This document shows positions 1 through 8,097 of a stretch of DNA of 64,000 bases, one piece after another; within the stretch, counting starts at the first letter, position 1, and the number at the start of each line of letters is the position of its first letter. Below the pieces are notes generated by a model. It made no database searches. It was not told the origin of the DNA and saw nothing but the letters and a program-made list of their open reading frames with translations. Origin of the DNA: an uncultured Alphaproteobacteria bacterium. GTDB lineage: Bacteria > Pseudomonadota > Alphaproteobacteria > Rhizobiales > Beijerinckiaceae. Where the stretch lies: positions 186,635 through 250,634 of the forward strand of contig CAVRMA010000003.1 of the NCBI GenBank assembly GCA_963722515.1, written 5' to 3'. A program made the position numbers and the translations under genes.

Positions 1-41
1 CTGATTTCCGTGCGCGGATCGAAGATTCGGGGCTAGCTGTT

Positions 42-901
42 ATGACGCGGACTGGACACAAGACGGCATTCGCATTTGCCGGCGGCGGAAGCCTCGGCGC
101 GATCCAGGTCGGCATGTTGCGTGTTCTGTTATCCGCGGGAGTGCAACCGGATTTCGTGGTTGGCGCGTCGGTCGGCGCGATGAACGCCGCCTATTTCGCC
201 GGAGCCCCGAACGCGGACGGTGTGGCGAGGCTTGCGGAAATCTGGTTTGGCCTGCGGCGCCGAGAGATCTTTCCGGTCACTTTCAAAAGCGCATTCGGTC
301 TGCTCAGGCATCCGGAGAGTATCATCGATCCCGGTGGTCTACGGCATCTGGTCGAGATCAAAACTTGGCTTACGCGCGCTTGGAGGACGCGACGGTTCCA
401 GTTCACATCACGGCGACCGGCCTCGAGGGGATGGCGGTTGTTCTTCGAGGGGACCGGCAATCGACGCCATCCTCGCGAGCACCGCAATTCCTGGCGTCTT
501 CCCACCGGTTCGAAATCGAAGGCCAAACGCTGATCGACGGCGCAATCGCCAGGGACACTCCTATCCGGGTGGCGGCGGATCTCGGAGCGTCGCGGATCGT
601 CGTGCTTCCAACTGGATATGCTTGCGCCCTGGATGAGCCTCCAAAAGGGGCGATGACTTGGGCCTTGCATGCAATCACCCTGTTGATCGCGTGGCGGCTG
701 ATTCACGATCTCGAGAGGCTCGCGGACGAGATCGAAGTTTGCATCGTACCGACGCTCTGTCCACTCGAGGTGTCCCCATACGATTTCTCGGCGTCGCGTC
801 ATCTCATTAAACGCGCCGAGGAGAGCACTCGAAAATGGCTCGATGGCGGCGGCCTTTCGCGGCGATCCCGGCCTGCCGAACTTGAGGCGCACCGCCATTA
901 A
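42..901 (+). pseudogene. Patatin-like phospholipase, split by about three frameshifts (near 360, 445, 510)
   Basis: GGGSLGAIQVG glycine-rich loop and GASVG nucleophile elbow in 42..533; AILASTAIPGVFPPV in frame of 220..636; IDGA motif and C-terminus in 365..901. Confidence 0.85.
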
Positions 902-1028
902 ATGGCTTACCGAGGTCCCCGGTATGAGGGCGCGGAATGTGATCCTTCAGACCACAGTTCAAAACAAGCAAGCCGCGCGTCGGCAACAGCGCCATTTCGA
1001 CGTTATTTACGTCTGGAAGAGTAGTGTC

Positions 1029-1391
1029 TCAGTTTGAATTTGCCTTCATTTGCGGAAAGCTGCTATAAAGAGTTATTACGGCCATCGCGTTTGCAGACAA
1101 CGGGTGCGCATCACAATATGTCCGAATATAGGTCTTATGCGATATCATATCCTCGCCGTTGAGATCCCGGTACGGGAAATTGTTGCCGAGTGCAGCCAAG
1201 TTTAAACCGCTCATGGAGCCTTGCGCCCAGGTGAAGTACAGATCCTCGGTCACGGTCGGATTAGCAACATAGGATTTGGCAAATTCTCCGCACGAATGCG
1301 TTCCAATTCCATATGATTGCCTAGCTTCCACGGCATTTGAGGTCCTGGGTGTGGCGGAAATAAGCACCATCAAAGGAAACCATAGCTTCAT
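1029..1391 (-). CDS. Small secreted hypothetical protein
   Basis: ATG at 1391 gives signal-peptide-like MKLWFPLMVLISA; GIGTHSCGEF and W-AQG-MSGLN motifs, two Cys; lower GC than backbone. Confidence 0.55.
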   Translation of the reverse strand: MKLWFPLMVLISATPRTSNAVEARQSYGIGTHSCGEFAKSYVANPTVTEDLYFTWAQGSMSGLNLAALGNNFPYRDLNGEDMISHKTYIRTYCDAHPLSANAMAVITLYSSFPQMKANSN

Positions 1392-1482
1392 AGGTTGTTT
1401 TCTCCGTTTAAAATTTCCGATAAGTATACTGCAGCTGGGACACCAAGGCGAGGCCGCCGTGCAAACATTTACCGGCGGAAAC

Positions 1483-1959
1483 ATGAGGAAGGCCCGGTTC
1501 AAGGCATTTTACGCCGCAATCGGTCGTTTCGTGCTCTCATGGGCTGATCTGGAAATTGGGCTCGATCTCTTGGTGCTGATAATGCGGTCGATGGAAGAAG
1601 ACCATCATGATAAAAAGCTCCCGCACAATCTTGAACCAAAAATCGCATTTGTTCGTTGCAGAGCAGACAAGCTCAAATCGCTGAACGCCCAGCGCTCAGA
1701 TATCATCAAAATCCTCGACGAGATTGCCTCACTCGCCGATACCCGGCATGCTTTTGTACATGGGGCAGTCATTAAGAGCTATGTGGAGCGCTCAGCGATA
1801 TCAGCAACTATAACTCGGCTGCTTCAACCTAAAAATCGACCGAGACGCAAGCCCGTCAAGGTTACAACGGCTGAAATCAACAAAATCTCAAATAGTGTTC
1901 GCGCCCTTTCAGAACGTCTGCTCGATATGGCCGAAGCAATAAATGCGTACTCGAAATGA
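1483..1959 (+). CDS. Hypothetical helical protein, HEPN-like (RxxxxH)
   Basis: ATG at 1483; AIGRFVLSWADLE N-terminal helix and RHAFVH motif starting at 1744. Confidence 0.55.
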   Translation: MRKARFKAFYAAIGRFVLSWADLEIGLDLLVLIMRSMEEDHHDKKLPHNLEPKIAFVRCRADKLKSLNAQRSDIIKILDEIASLADTRHAFVHGAVIKSYVERSAISATITRLLQPKNRPRRKPVKVTTAEINKISNSVRALSERLLDMAEAINAYSK

Positions 1960-1982
1960 CCGGCCGGATTCGGTTGCCTCAT

Positions 1983-2204
1983 TCAAAGTAGCCCACTACG
2001 GCTGAAAGGCTTGCGTTCCGGAGCGCCCGATTTGACACCAGGCTGCGTTATGGAGGGCGGATCGCTCGCCGGAAAACTATCGGCAAGTTCATGGTCGAGT
2101 TCGCGATCGAGCTGCCTTTGCTCATCTGTGGCCGGGCTTTCCCGCTTTGGACGTTCGTGAGTTTTTGGCTTTTTGTCAGTCTTGGTCTTTGCTTTTGCGG
2201 TCAT
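1983..2204 (-). CDS. Small hypothetical protein with SFPASDPPS motif (general-stress type)
   Basis: AAGGAG RBS upstream of ATG 2204; LDHELADSFPASDPPS motif; EcfG-type promoter upstream. Confidence 0.7.
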   Translation of the reverse strand: MTAKAKTKTDKKPKTHERPKRESPATDEQRQLDRELDHELADSFPASDPPSITQPGVKSGAPERKPFSRSGLL

Positions 2205-2240
2205 GGATCGCTCCTTGGAGGCGGCGGGGCGGGCTCCCAA

Positions 2241-2267
2241 GGAACGAACCCGATCGGCAACCGTTCC
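2241..2267. promoter_or_regulatory. Sigma-EcfG (general stress response) promoter, present on both strands
   Basis: Minus: GGAAC(2267-2263)-N16-CGTT(2246-2243); plus: GGAAC(2241-2245)-N16-CGTT(2262-2265); matches the alphaproteobacterial EcfG consensus. Confidence 0.7.
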
Positions 2268-2481
2268 CTCCGCCGTCCCGGGAACCGATCATTCGGCCAC
2301 GATGCTTACGCTGCGGTCAGCCGTTCCATTTAAGGCTAGCTCCGCCAGCGGCGCTTCGGCCTTTAAGTCAGGTTCACACCTGATCTGTCGCGGGAAGGGA
2401 GGTTAAATCGGCACTGGCGCCGGCACGCCCGTCAACGGTATGATGGAATGAGAATTCGCATACCAAACCCGGGTTCAGCCA

Positions 2482-2780
2482 ATGCTCTTCTTCACGCGCT
2501 TTGGATATTTGGTCGCCGTCTTTTTTGTCATTGCCGCATTCATATCGGGCGGAGTCGGCACCGCTTTTCATCTGAGCAGGGAATCAGCCAGCGTTTTGAT
2601 GTTTTTATTCTGGGGGCCTCCCTGTGTCTATTACGGCAGAACCCTCGACCATCCCGGAAGGCGGAGCTACTTCTCGGGCTTCGTCTAGACTATTGGGGCT
2701 ACGGGTTCCTCGCCTTCGGAGTCCTGGACGCCTATCTCAGCTGGAACAGCCTCGCGCGCGATTGGCTCGCAGTTGTCTAA
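2482..2780 (+). pseudogene. Small membrane protein, frameshifted near 2675
   Basis: Hydrophobic ORF 2482..2688 continues in another frame as GLRLDYWGYGFLAFG to 2780. Confidence 0.4.
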
Positions 2781-2784
2781 CGGC

Positions 2785-2819
2785 TTGACACGGAACCTGT
2801 GTTACACGATAATCGTGTC
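2785..2819 (+). promoter_or_regulatory. Sigma70 promoter of the TA operon overlapped by two palindromic operators
   Basis: TTGACA(2785-2790)-17 nt-GATAAT(2808-2813); palindromes ACACGGAACCTGTGT and ACACGATAATCGTGT. Confidence 0.7.
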
Positions 2820-3179
2820 GTGAAAAACGTCACCATCACCTTGCGCGAAGAGGTCGCCGAATGGCTGCGCATCGAAGCCGCCAAGGCGGGCTTGAGCATG
2901 TCGGCTTTTGTCAGCGGCCTTTTGGAAACCCGCATGGGGCGCGGAAAAGACCAGATCGCCGCCCTCGAATTTTTCTTAAGTGGTCCCGGATTTCCAGGGC
3001 TTTCCGCCGGTTTGCCCAAGCGGGACGAGCTTTATGACCGCGCGGCTCTTCATCGACACGAACATTTTGATGTACGCCCTCGATCCGGCCGATCCGGTGA
3101 AACGCGCCACGTCGGCGGATTTGCTGCGGCGGACGATAGCGAACCATACATTGGTCCTGAGCCCGCAAAATCTGAATGA
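2820..3179 (+). CDS. Ribbon-helix-helix (CopG-like) antitoxin
   Basis: GTG start; MKNVTITLREEVAEWLRIEAAKAGLSMSAFV RHH pattern; KRDELYDR motif; upstream of PIN gene. Confidence 0.8.
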   Translation: MKNVTITLREEVAEWLRIEAAKAGLSMSAFVSGLLETRMGRGKDQIAALEFFLSGPGFPGLSAGLPKRDELYDRAALHRHEHFDVRPRSGRSGETRHVGGFAAADDSEPYIGPEPAKSE

Positions 3180-3480
3180 GTGCTACCGGGTTTTCATCCA
3201 CAGGCGGCGGCTTGTTCCCGAGGCGGCGGCACGGTCCTTTCTGACTTACCTCATGCCGTGGTGTATCGCGCCGCTCGACGCGCAAACGACACAAAAGGCC
3301 TGGGAAGTTCAAGACGAGGCGGGGCTTGCCTGGTGGGACGCCCTGCTTGTTGCTGCCGCTCTGATGGCGGGTTGCAAACTTTTCCTCTCCGAGGATTTTC
3401 GGGACGGCCAGTTGATTTCCGGCATGCGGATCGTCAATCCCTTCGGCACTGATTTTTTGAAGCACGTACCGGCGCGATAG
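3034..3480 (+). CDS. vapC: PIN-domain toxin (VapC family)
   Basis: FIDTNILMYA, QNLNE, WWDALLVAAA, LSEDF acidic PIN motifs. Confidence 0.9.
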   Translation: MTARLFIDTNILMYALDPADPVKRATSADLLRRTIANHTLVLSPQNLNECYRVFIHRRRLVPEAAARSFLTYLMPWCIAPLDAQTTQKAWEVQDEAGLAWWDALLVAAALMAGCKLFLSEDFRDGQLISGMRIVNPFGTDFLKHVPAR

Positions 3481-3493
3481 GACAAACTTCGCC

Positions 3494-4591
3494 ATGGGTT
3501 TCAAATGCGGCATCGTTGGTTTGCCCAACGTCGGCAAATCGACGCTCTTCAACGCGCTGACGCAGACGGCGGCGGCGCAGGCGGCGAATTATCCCTTTTG
3601 CACCATCGAGCCCAATACCGGCGACGTCGCGGTGCCTGACGCGCGGCTCGAAAAGCTCGCGAAAATCGCCAGCTCCAAGGAAATCATTCCAACCCGGCTT
3701 ACGTTTGTCGATATAGCGGGCCTCGTGCGCGGCGCCTCGAAGGGCGAAGGGCTCGGCAACCAGTTTCTGGCGAATATCCGCGAATGCGATGCGATCGCCC
3801 ATATCGTGCGTTGCTTTAAGGATAGCGATATTACCCATGTCGAAGGCAAGATCGCGCCGCAGGACGACATCGAGACGATCGAGACCGAATTGATGCTCGC
3901 CGATCTCGAAAGCCTGGAAAAACGGGCCACCGGCTTGGAAAAGAAGGCCAAAGGAGGCGACAAGGAGGCCAAGGAGATCTTCGGGCTCGCGGTGCGCTGT
4001 CTTGTGCTTCTGCGCGAGGGAAAACCGGCGCGGCTTGCCGGGGTCAAGGAGGAAGAGCAAAGGCTCTTCAAAAGTCTCGGGCTTTTGTCGGCGAAGCCGG
4101 TGCTTTATGTGGCCAATGTCGAGGAAGCCAGCGCCAGTCGGGGCAATAGCTTTTCGCAGCTTGTGGAAGCCCGCGCAGCCAAGGAAGGCGCAGTTGCGGT
4201 TATTGTCTCGGCAAAAATCGAGAGCGAGATCGCGGTTTTGCCCGAAGCTGAACAGAAGGAGTATCTCGAAGCGGTCGGCCTCACGGAGCCCGGACTCAAT
4301 CGCGTCATTCGCGCGGGCTATGGGCTTTTGCGGCTGATCACGTTTTTCACCGCCGGTCCCAAGGAGACCCGCGCTTGGACCATCCCCCAAGGAACCAAGG
4401 CGCCGCAGGCGGCGGCGGTGATTCACACGGATTTCGAAAAGGGTTTTATTCGCGCCGAGACCATCGCGTATGTCGATTATATCGCCTTTCATGGCGAGGC
4501 GGGCGCGCGGGAGACCGGCAAATTCCGCCTCGAAGGCAAGGATTACGCCGTGGCGGACGGCGACGTGCTGCATTTCCGGTTCGCGACCTGA
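3494..4591 (+). CDS. ychF: Redox-regulated ATPase YchF
   Basis: GIVGLPNVGKSTLFN, ANYPFCTIEPN, DIAGLV, IHTDFEKGFIRAE. Confidence 0.98.
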   Translation: MGFKCGIVGLPNVGKSTLFNALTQTAAAQAANYPFCTIEPNTGDVAVPDARLEKLAKIASSKEIIPTRLTFVDIAGLVRGASKGEGLGNQFLANIRECDAIAHIVRCFKDSDITHVEGKIAPQDDIETIETELMLADLESLEKRATGLEKKAKGGDKEAKEIFGLAVRCLVLLREGKPARLAGVKEEEQRLFKSLGLLSAKPVLYVANVEEASASRGNSFSQLVEARAAKEGAVAVIVSAKIESEIAVLPEAEQKEYLEAVGLTEPGLNRVIRAGYGLLRLITFFTAGPKETRAWTIPQGTKAPQAAAVIHTDFEKGFIRAETIAYVDYIAFHGEAGARETGKFRLEGKDYAVADGDVLHFRFAT

Positions 4592-4592
4592 T

Positions 4593-5300
4593 ATGATTGC
4601 GGCGGCGAGTGGCACACCATGCGGTCCGGCGGAGGCGGCGGTGAGGGGCGGGGAACAACAGGGCGATCCGCCCATATTCGACAGCGCCTTTCGCGACCGC
4701 TTAGCAAAGCTTTTCGCATGGCGGCGCGACGTCCGCCGCTTCAAGCCGGACCCGGTCCCCTCCCCGCTCATCGAGGAACTCGTTCGCCTCGCCACCTTCG
4801 CGCCCTCGGTCGGCAACAGCCAGCCGTGGCGTTTCGTCAGCGTCGAAGCGTTTGACGCGAGAGAGGCTATCATTGGCAATTTCACCGCCTGCAACGCGGC
4901 CGCGCTTGCTTCCTACGAAGGCGAACGCGCCGCGCTCTATGCCAGCCTTAAATTATCTGGGCTGCGTGAGGCACCGGTTCATCTCGCCGTATTCTGCGAT
5001 CACGCGACGGAGGCGGGTTCCGGCCTTGGCCAAAAAACCATGCCGGAGACTTTGGATTATTCGGTGGTCGCGGCGATCCACACTTTTTGGCTTTGCGCGC
5101 GCGCGGAAAATCTTGGCGTTGGTTGGGTGTCGATCCTCGATCCGAGGCAAGTTTGCCGCGCTCTCGATGTTCCATGCAACTGGAAGCTTATCGCCTATCT
5201 TTGCGTGGGGTTCCCGTTAGAAGAGCATCTCGATCCGGAGCTTGAACGTCACGCTTGGCAGGCGCATCTTTTAGAGAATGCGAGGCTTCACCGGAAATAG
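4593..5300 (+). CDS. bluB: 5,6-dimethylbenzimidazole synthase
   Basis: WRRDVRRF, APSVGNSQPWRF, LKLSGLREAP, GVGWVSIL; start codon uncertain. Confidence 0.9.
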   Translation: MIAAASGTPCGPAEAAVRGGEQQGDPPIFDSAFRDRLAKLFAWRRDVRRFKPDPVPSPLIEELVRLATFAPSVGNSQPWRFVSVEAFDAREAIIGNFTACNAAALASYEGERAALYASLKLSGLREAPVHLAVFCDHATEAGSGLGQKTMPETLDYSVVAAIHTFWLCARAENLGVGWVSILDPRQVCRALDVPCNWKLIAYLCVGFPLEEHLDPELERHAWQAHLLENARLHRK

Positions 5301-5398
5301 GGCGGTTCTCCCGCGCGCCACCTGTGAAAAAGGGGGAGAAGAATGATTGGACTTTACGAGGCGCGCCGAATCCGGGCAATTAATCCGTGGGCACCGCC

Positions 5399-7354
5399 AT
5401 GCGATTTCCGCCATCCTTTCTCGATGAGATCAAAGCCAGGCTTCCGGTATCGGAAGTTGTGCGCAACCGCGTCAAACTGACGAGAGCGGGGCGCGAATGG
5501 AAAGGGCTTTCGCCCTTCAACGCGGAAAAGACGCCGTCCTTCTTTGTGAACGACCAGAAAATGGCCTGGTTCGACTTTTCCGCCGGAAAAAACGGCAATA
5601 TTTTCGATTTTCTCATGGAAACCGAAGGGCTTTCGTTCCCCGATGTCGTCGAGCGTCTCGCGCATGACGCCGGGCTTGCCCTGCCGCAAGCCTCGCCCGA
5701 GGCGGAGGCGCAAGAAAAGACGCGGAAGAACCTGCATGAGGTGCTGGCGCGCGCCGCGTCCTATTTTTCTGCGCGGCTTGCCGGGGGGCAAGGGGGAGCG
5801 GCCCGCGCGTATCTCGCCGGGCGCGGCCTCGATGCCGGGCTGCAAGTCCGGTTTGGCCTAGGCTACGCCTTGCCCGAAAAATATGCCTTGCGGGATCATC
5901 TCGCCGGTACGGGGGTGCCGGTGCCAACGATGATCGAGGCCGGGCTGTTGATCCATGGCGAGGACATTGCGGTCCCTTACGACCGGTTTCGCGATCGGAT
6001 CATGTTCCCGATCCATGATCCGGCTGGCCGGGTGATCGCATTCGGCGGCCGCGCGCTCGGAAAGGACGCCCCGGCGAAATATCTGAATTCGCCGGAGACT
6101 GCGCTCTTCCATAAAGGCGCCATCCTTTACAATCATCATCGCGCGCGGAAGGCAGCGCATGCGGGCGGACAAGTCATCGCCGTCGAAGGCTATATCGATG
6201 TCATCGCAATGGCATCGGCGGGTTTCGACGGCACGGTGGCGCCGCTCGGGACCGCCTTGACGCCGGATCAATGCGAGCTTTTGTGGAAAATGGCGGAGGA
6301 GCCGGTCCTTTGCTTCGACGGGGATAGGGCCGGACGTAAGGCGGCCTACCGGGCGATCGACATGGCGCTGCCCCTAATCGGGCCGGGCCGCTCGCTTTGC
6401 TTCGCGCTTTTGCCCGAAGGGGAGGATCCCGACGACCGCGTCCGATCCGGCGGGCGCGAGGCGGTTTCGCAGCTGCTGTCGCACACGCTGCCGCTCGCGG
6501 ACCTCATTTGGGTCCGGGAAACCGAAAACAAGATCTTCGCCACGCCCGAACGCCGCGCTGGGCTCGAGCGGCGGCTTAGCGAAATTGCCCGCGAGATCAG
6601 GGACGAAGCGCTGCGCCGCTACTACCATGCGGCTTTCAAGGAACGGCTCTTTCAATTTTTTCGACGCAGCGGTTATCGCGCCAATACGGCCGCGCCTAAG
6701 AAAGCGCGGGGAGGAGGCCCCAATGCCAATTTTGAGCCCAAACCGAAATTTACGTCGCCGCCGATGGTCAGTACAAGCCTTGCGGCATCGCCGCTTCTTC
6801 GCCCCGGAACGCTTGCCCGTCCAACGCTTGCCCGTCCAATGAGCGAAGGGCTGATTTTACTGCTTCTTCTCAATCACCCCGGCTTAATCGGGCAGCATAT
6901 CGAGGAACTGGCAGAGATCGCGTTTTCGAGCGCCGAAGCGGGAGCGTTGCGCAATGCGCTCGTTGGCTTATCAGTATCTTTGGCCGCTGCAGCTCCGCTT
7001 GACAGGACAAGCCCGGACGCGGCAAGCCTTCGCGCCGCTGTCGAAGGCCAAGGTTTCGGGCCGATGCTGCAAAAGCTCGATGCAATGGCGGCGCATGGCT
7101 CGCATTGGTATGCCAAAGCTGAGGCCGCCGAGGAAGACGCGGAGGAGGTTCTCAAACAGGCCCTGACAAGGCATCGCAAGCGTGCGCTCGAAAAAGAATT
7201 TGAATTGGCTAAACGCGCTTTTGAAAATGATTCCAGTGAGGGGAATTTCGTCCGGCTCAAGAGAATTCAGGAGCAATTGTTTACACTCGGCGGAACGGAA
7301 GCCAGCTTGGAAGGCTTCGGTGTTCTGTCGGGGCACCCTAGCGGAACCCTGTGA
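5399..7354 (+). CDS. dnaG: DNA primase
   Basis: EKTPSF, DRFRDRIMFPI, KYLNSPET, VEGYIDV, FDGDRAG TOPRIM motifs; upstream of rpoD. Confidence 0.97.
   Translation: MRFPPSFLDEIKARLPVSEVVRNRVKLTRAGREWKGLSPFNAEKTPSFFVNDQKMAWFDFSAGKNGNIFDFLMETEGLSFPDVVERLAHDAGLALPQASPEAEAQEKTRKNLHEVLARAASYFSARLAGGQGGAARAYLAGRGLDAGLQVRFGLGYALPEKYALRDHLAGTGVPVPTMIEAGLLIHGEDIAVPYDRFRDRIMFPIHDPAGRVIAFGGRALGKDAPAKYLNSPETALFHKGAILYNHHRARKAAHAGGQVIAVEGYIDVIAMASAGFDGTVAPLGTALTPDQCELLWKMAEEPVLCFDGDRAGRKAAYRAIDMALPLIGPGRSLCFALLPEGEDPDDRVRSGGREAVSQLLSHTLPLADLIWVRETENKIFATPERRAGLERRLSEIAREIRDEALRRYYHAAFKERLFQFFRRSGYRANTAAPKKARGGGPNANFEPKPKFTSPPMVSTSLAASPLLRPGTLARPTLARPMSEGLILLLLLNHPGLIGQHIEELAEIAFSSAEAGALRNALVGLSVSLAAAAPLDRTSPDAASLRAAVEGQGFGPMLQKLDAMAAHGSHWYAKAEAAEEDAEEVLKQALTRHRKRALEKEFELAKRAFENDSSEGNFVRLKRIQEQLFTLGGTEASLEGFGVLSGHPSGTL
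6808..6837 (+). repeat. Perfect 15-bp in-frame tandem duplication in the dnaG linker (TLARP x2)
   Basis: AACGCTTGCCCGTCC twice. Confidence 0.85.
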
Positions 7355-7653
7355 ACGGCCCACCAGAGCACTTTTTGCAGGGTGGTGTCGCAGAAACGGC
7401 TAATGCCGAGAACATCGAAGCCGCCGAAGCCGACACCGGGGAGGTTTTGAAGCAAGCCTTGAGCTTGCGCCGCCGGGCCAGGACGTTACATAGGGAGTTG
7501 CAATTGGCTGAATTGGCTCTAGGTAAGGACTCCAGCGGGGCCGATCCCGGCCGTCTCAAGGATATTCAGGTGCAATTGCCGGCACTCGGCGGGATCGAGG
7601 CCGCGCTGGAAGGCAATAGCGCACAATCGGGGCTCCCGAGCGGAACCTTATGA
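7351..7653 (+). CDS. Diverged stand-alone duplicate of the DnaG C-terminal helical hairpin
   Basis: EAAEADTGEVLKQAL...RLKDIQVQLPALGGIEAALEG...SGLPSGTL aligns with DnaG EAAEEDAEEVLKQAL...RLKRIQEQLFTLGGTEASLEG...SGHPSGTL; GTGA start/stop overlap. Confidence 0.7.
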   Translation: MNGPPEHFLQGGVAETANAENIEAAEADTGEVLKQALSLRRRARTLHRELQLAELALGKDSSGADPGRLKDIQVQLPALGGIEAALEGNSAQSGLPSGTL

Positions 7654-7757
7654 GCGGCTGGGAGGAGCGGGACGTTGTTTTGGCGGCCGGTCCCGCATGC
7701 CTGGAAACTGAGGCGGCGCCGGGACTGAATTCTCGAAGATGAACGGTTGAAGCACGG

Positions 7758-7791
7758 TGCGCGGACACAATGTTTGCGCGGACACAATGTT
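7758..7791. repeat. Perfect 17-bp tandem direct repeat upstream of rpoD
   Basis: TGCGCGGACACAATGTT twice. Confidence 0.85.
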
Positions 7792-7870
7792 GAAGAGGGG
7801 TTTTGATCGCGCGTCCGCCCTTTTTCAGAGGCGGGGCGCGCTGGCCTTTCGACCCGCGGGGGCCGCGTCC

Positions 7871-8014
7871 ACAGCGCTTGCCCTACGGATGGAATCATCT
7901 GATCGAAAAGGAATTGCTCAGATTCAAAGAGTTGGAGCATGTTCTCATGAGACATCGGATATATCCGATGTCTAAATATCGAAAAAGCCGGGCAACTTTT
8001 CCGCAACATGCTGT
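7871..8014. repeat. Rhizobial-type miniature repeat (MITE-like) with an internal 24-bp palindrome
   Basis: TGGAATCATCTGATCGAAAAGG...GAGCATG...GAAAAAGCCGGGCAACTTTTCCG; degenerate second copy at 56003-56091; palindrome AGACATCGGATATATCCGATGTCT at 7950-7973. Confidence 0.75.
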
Positions 8015-8097
8015 TAGGACGGACGAGGCCTTGGTTCAAGAAGGGTTTCGCGCAAGGAAACGTCTTCCGTAATTTTCCGCAAATTTGGAGGCCTTTG

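Noticed and set aside
7803-8097. ORF 7803..8072 and an extended rpoD start at 8008
   Set aside because: Both derive from translation of the MITE-like repeat; ATG 8098 with upstream GGAGG is the better start
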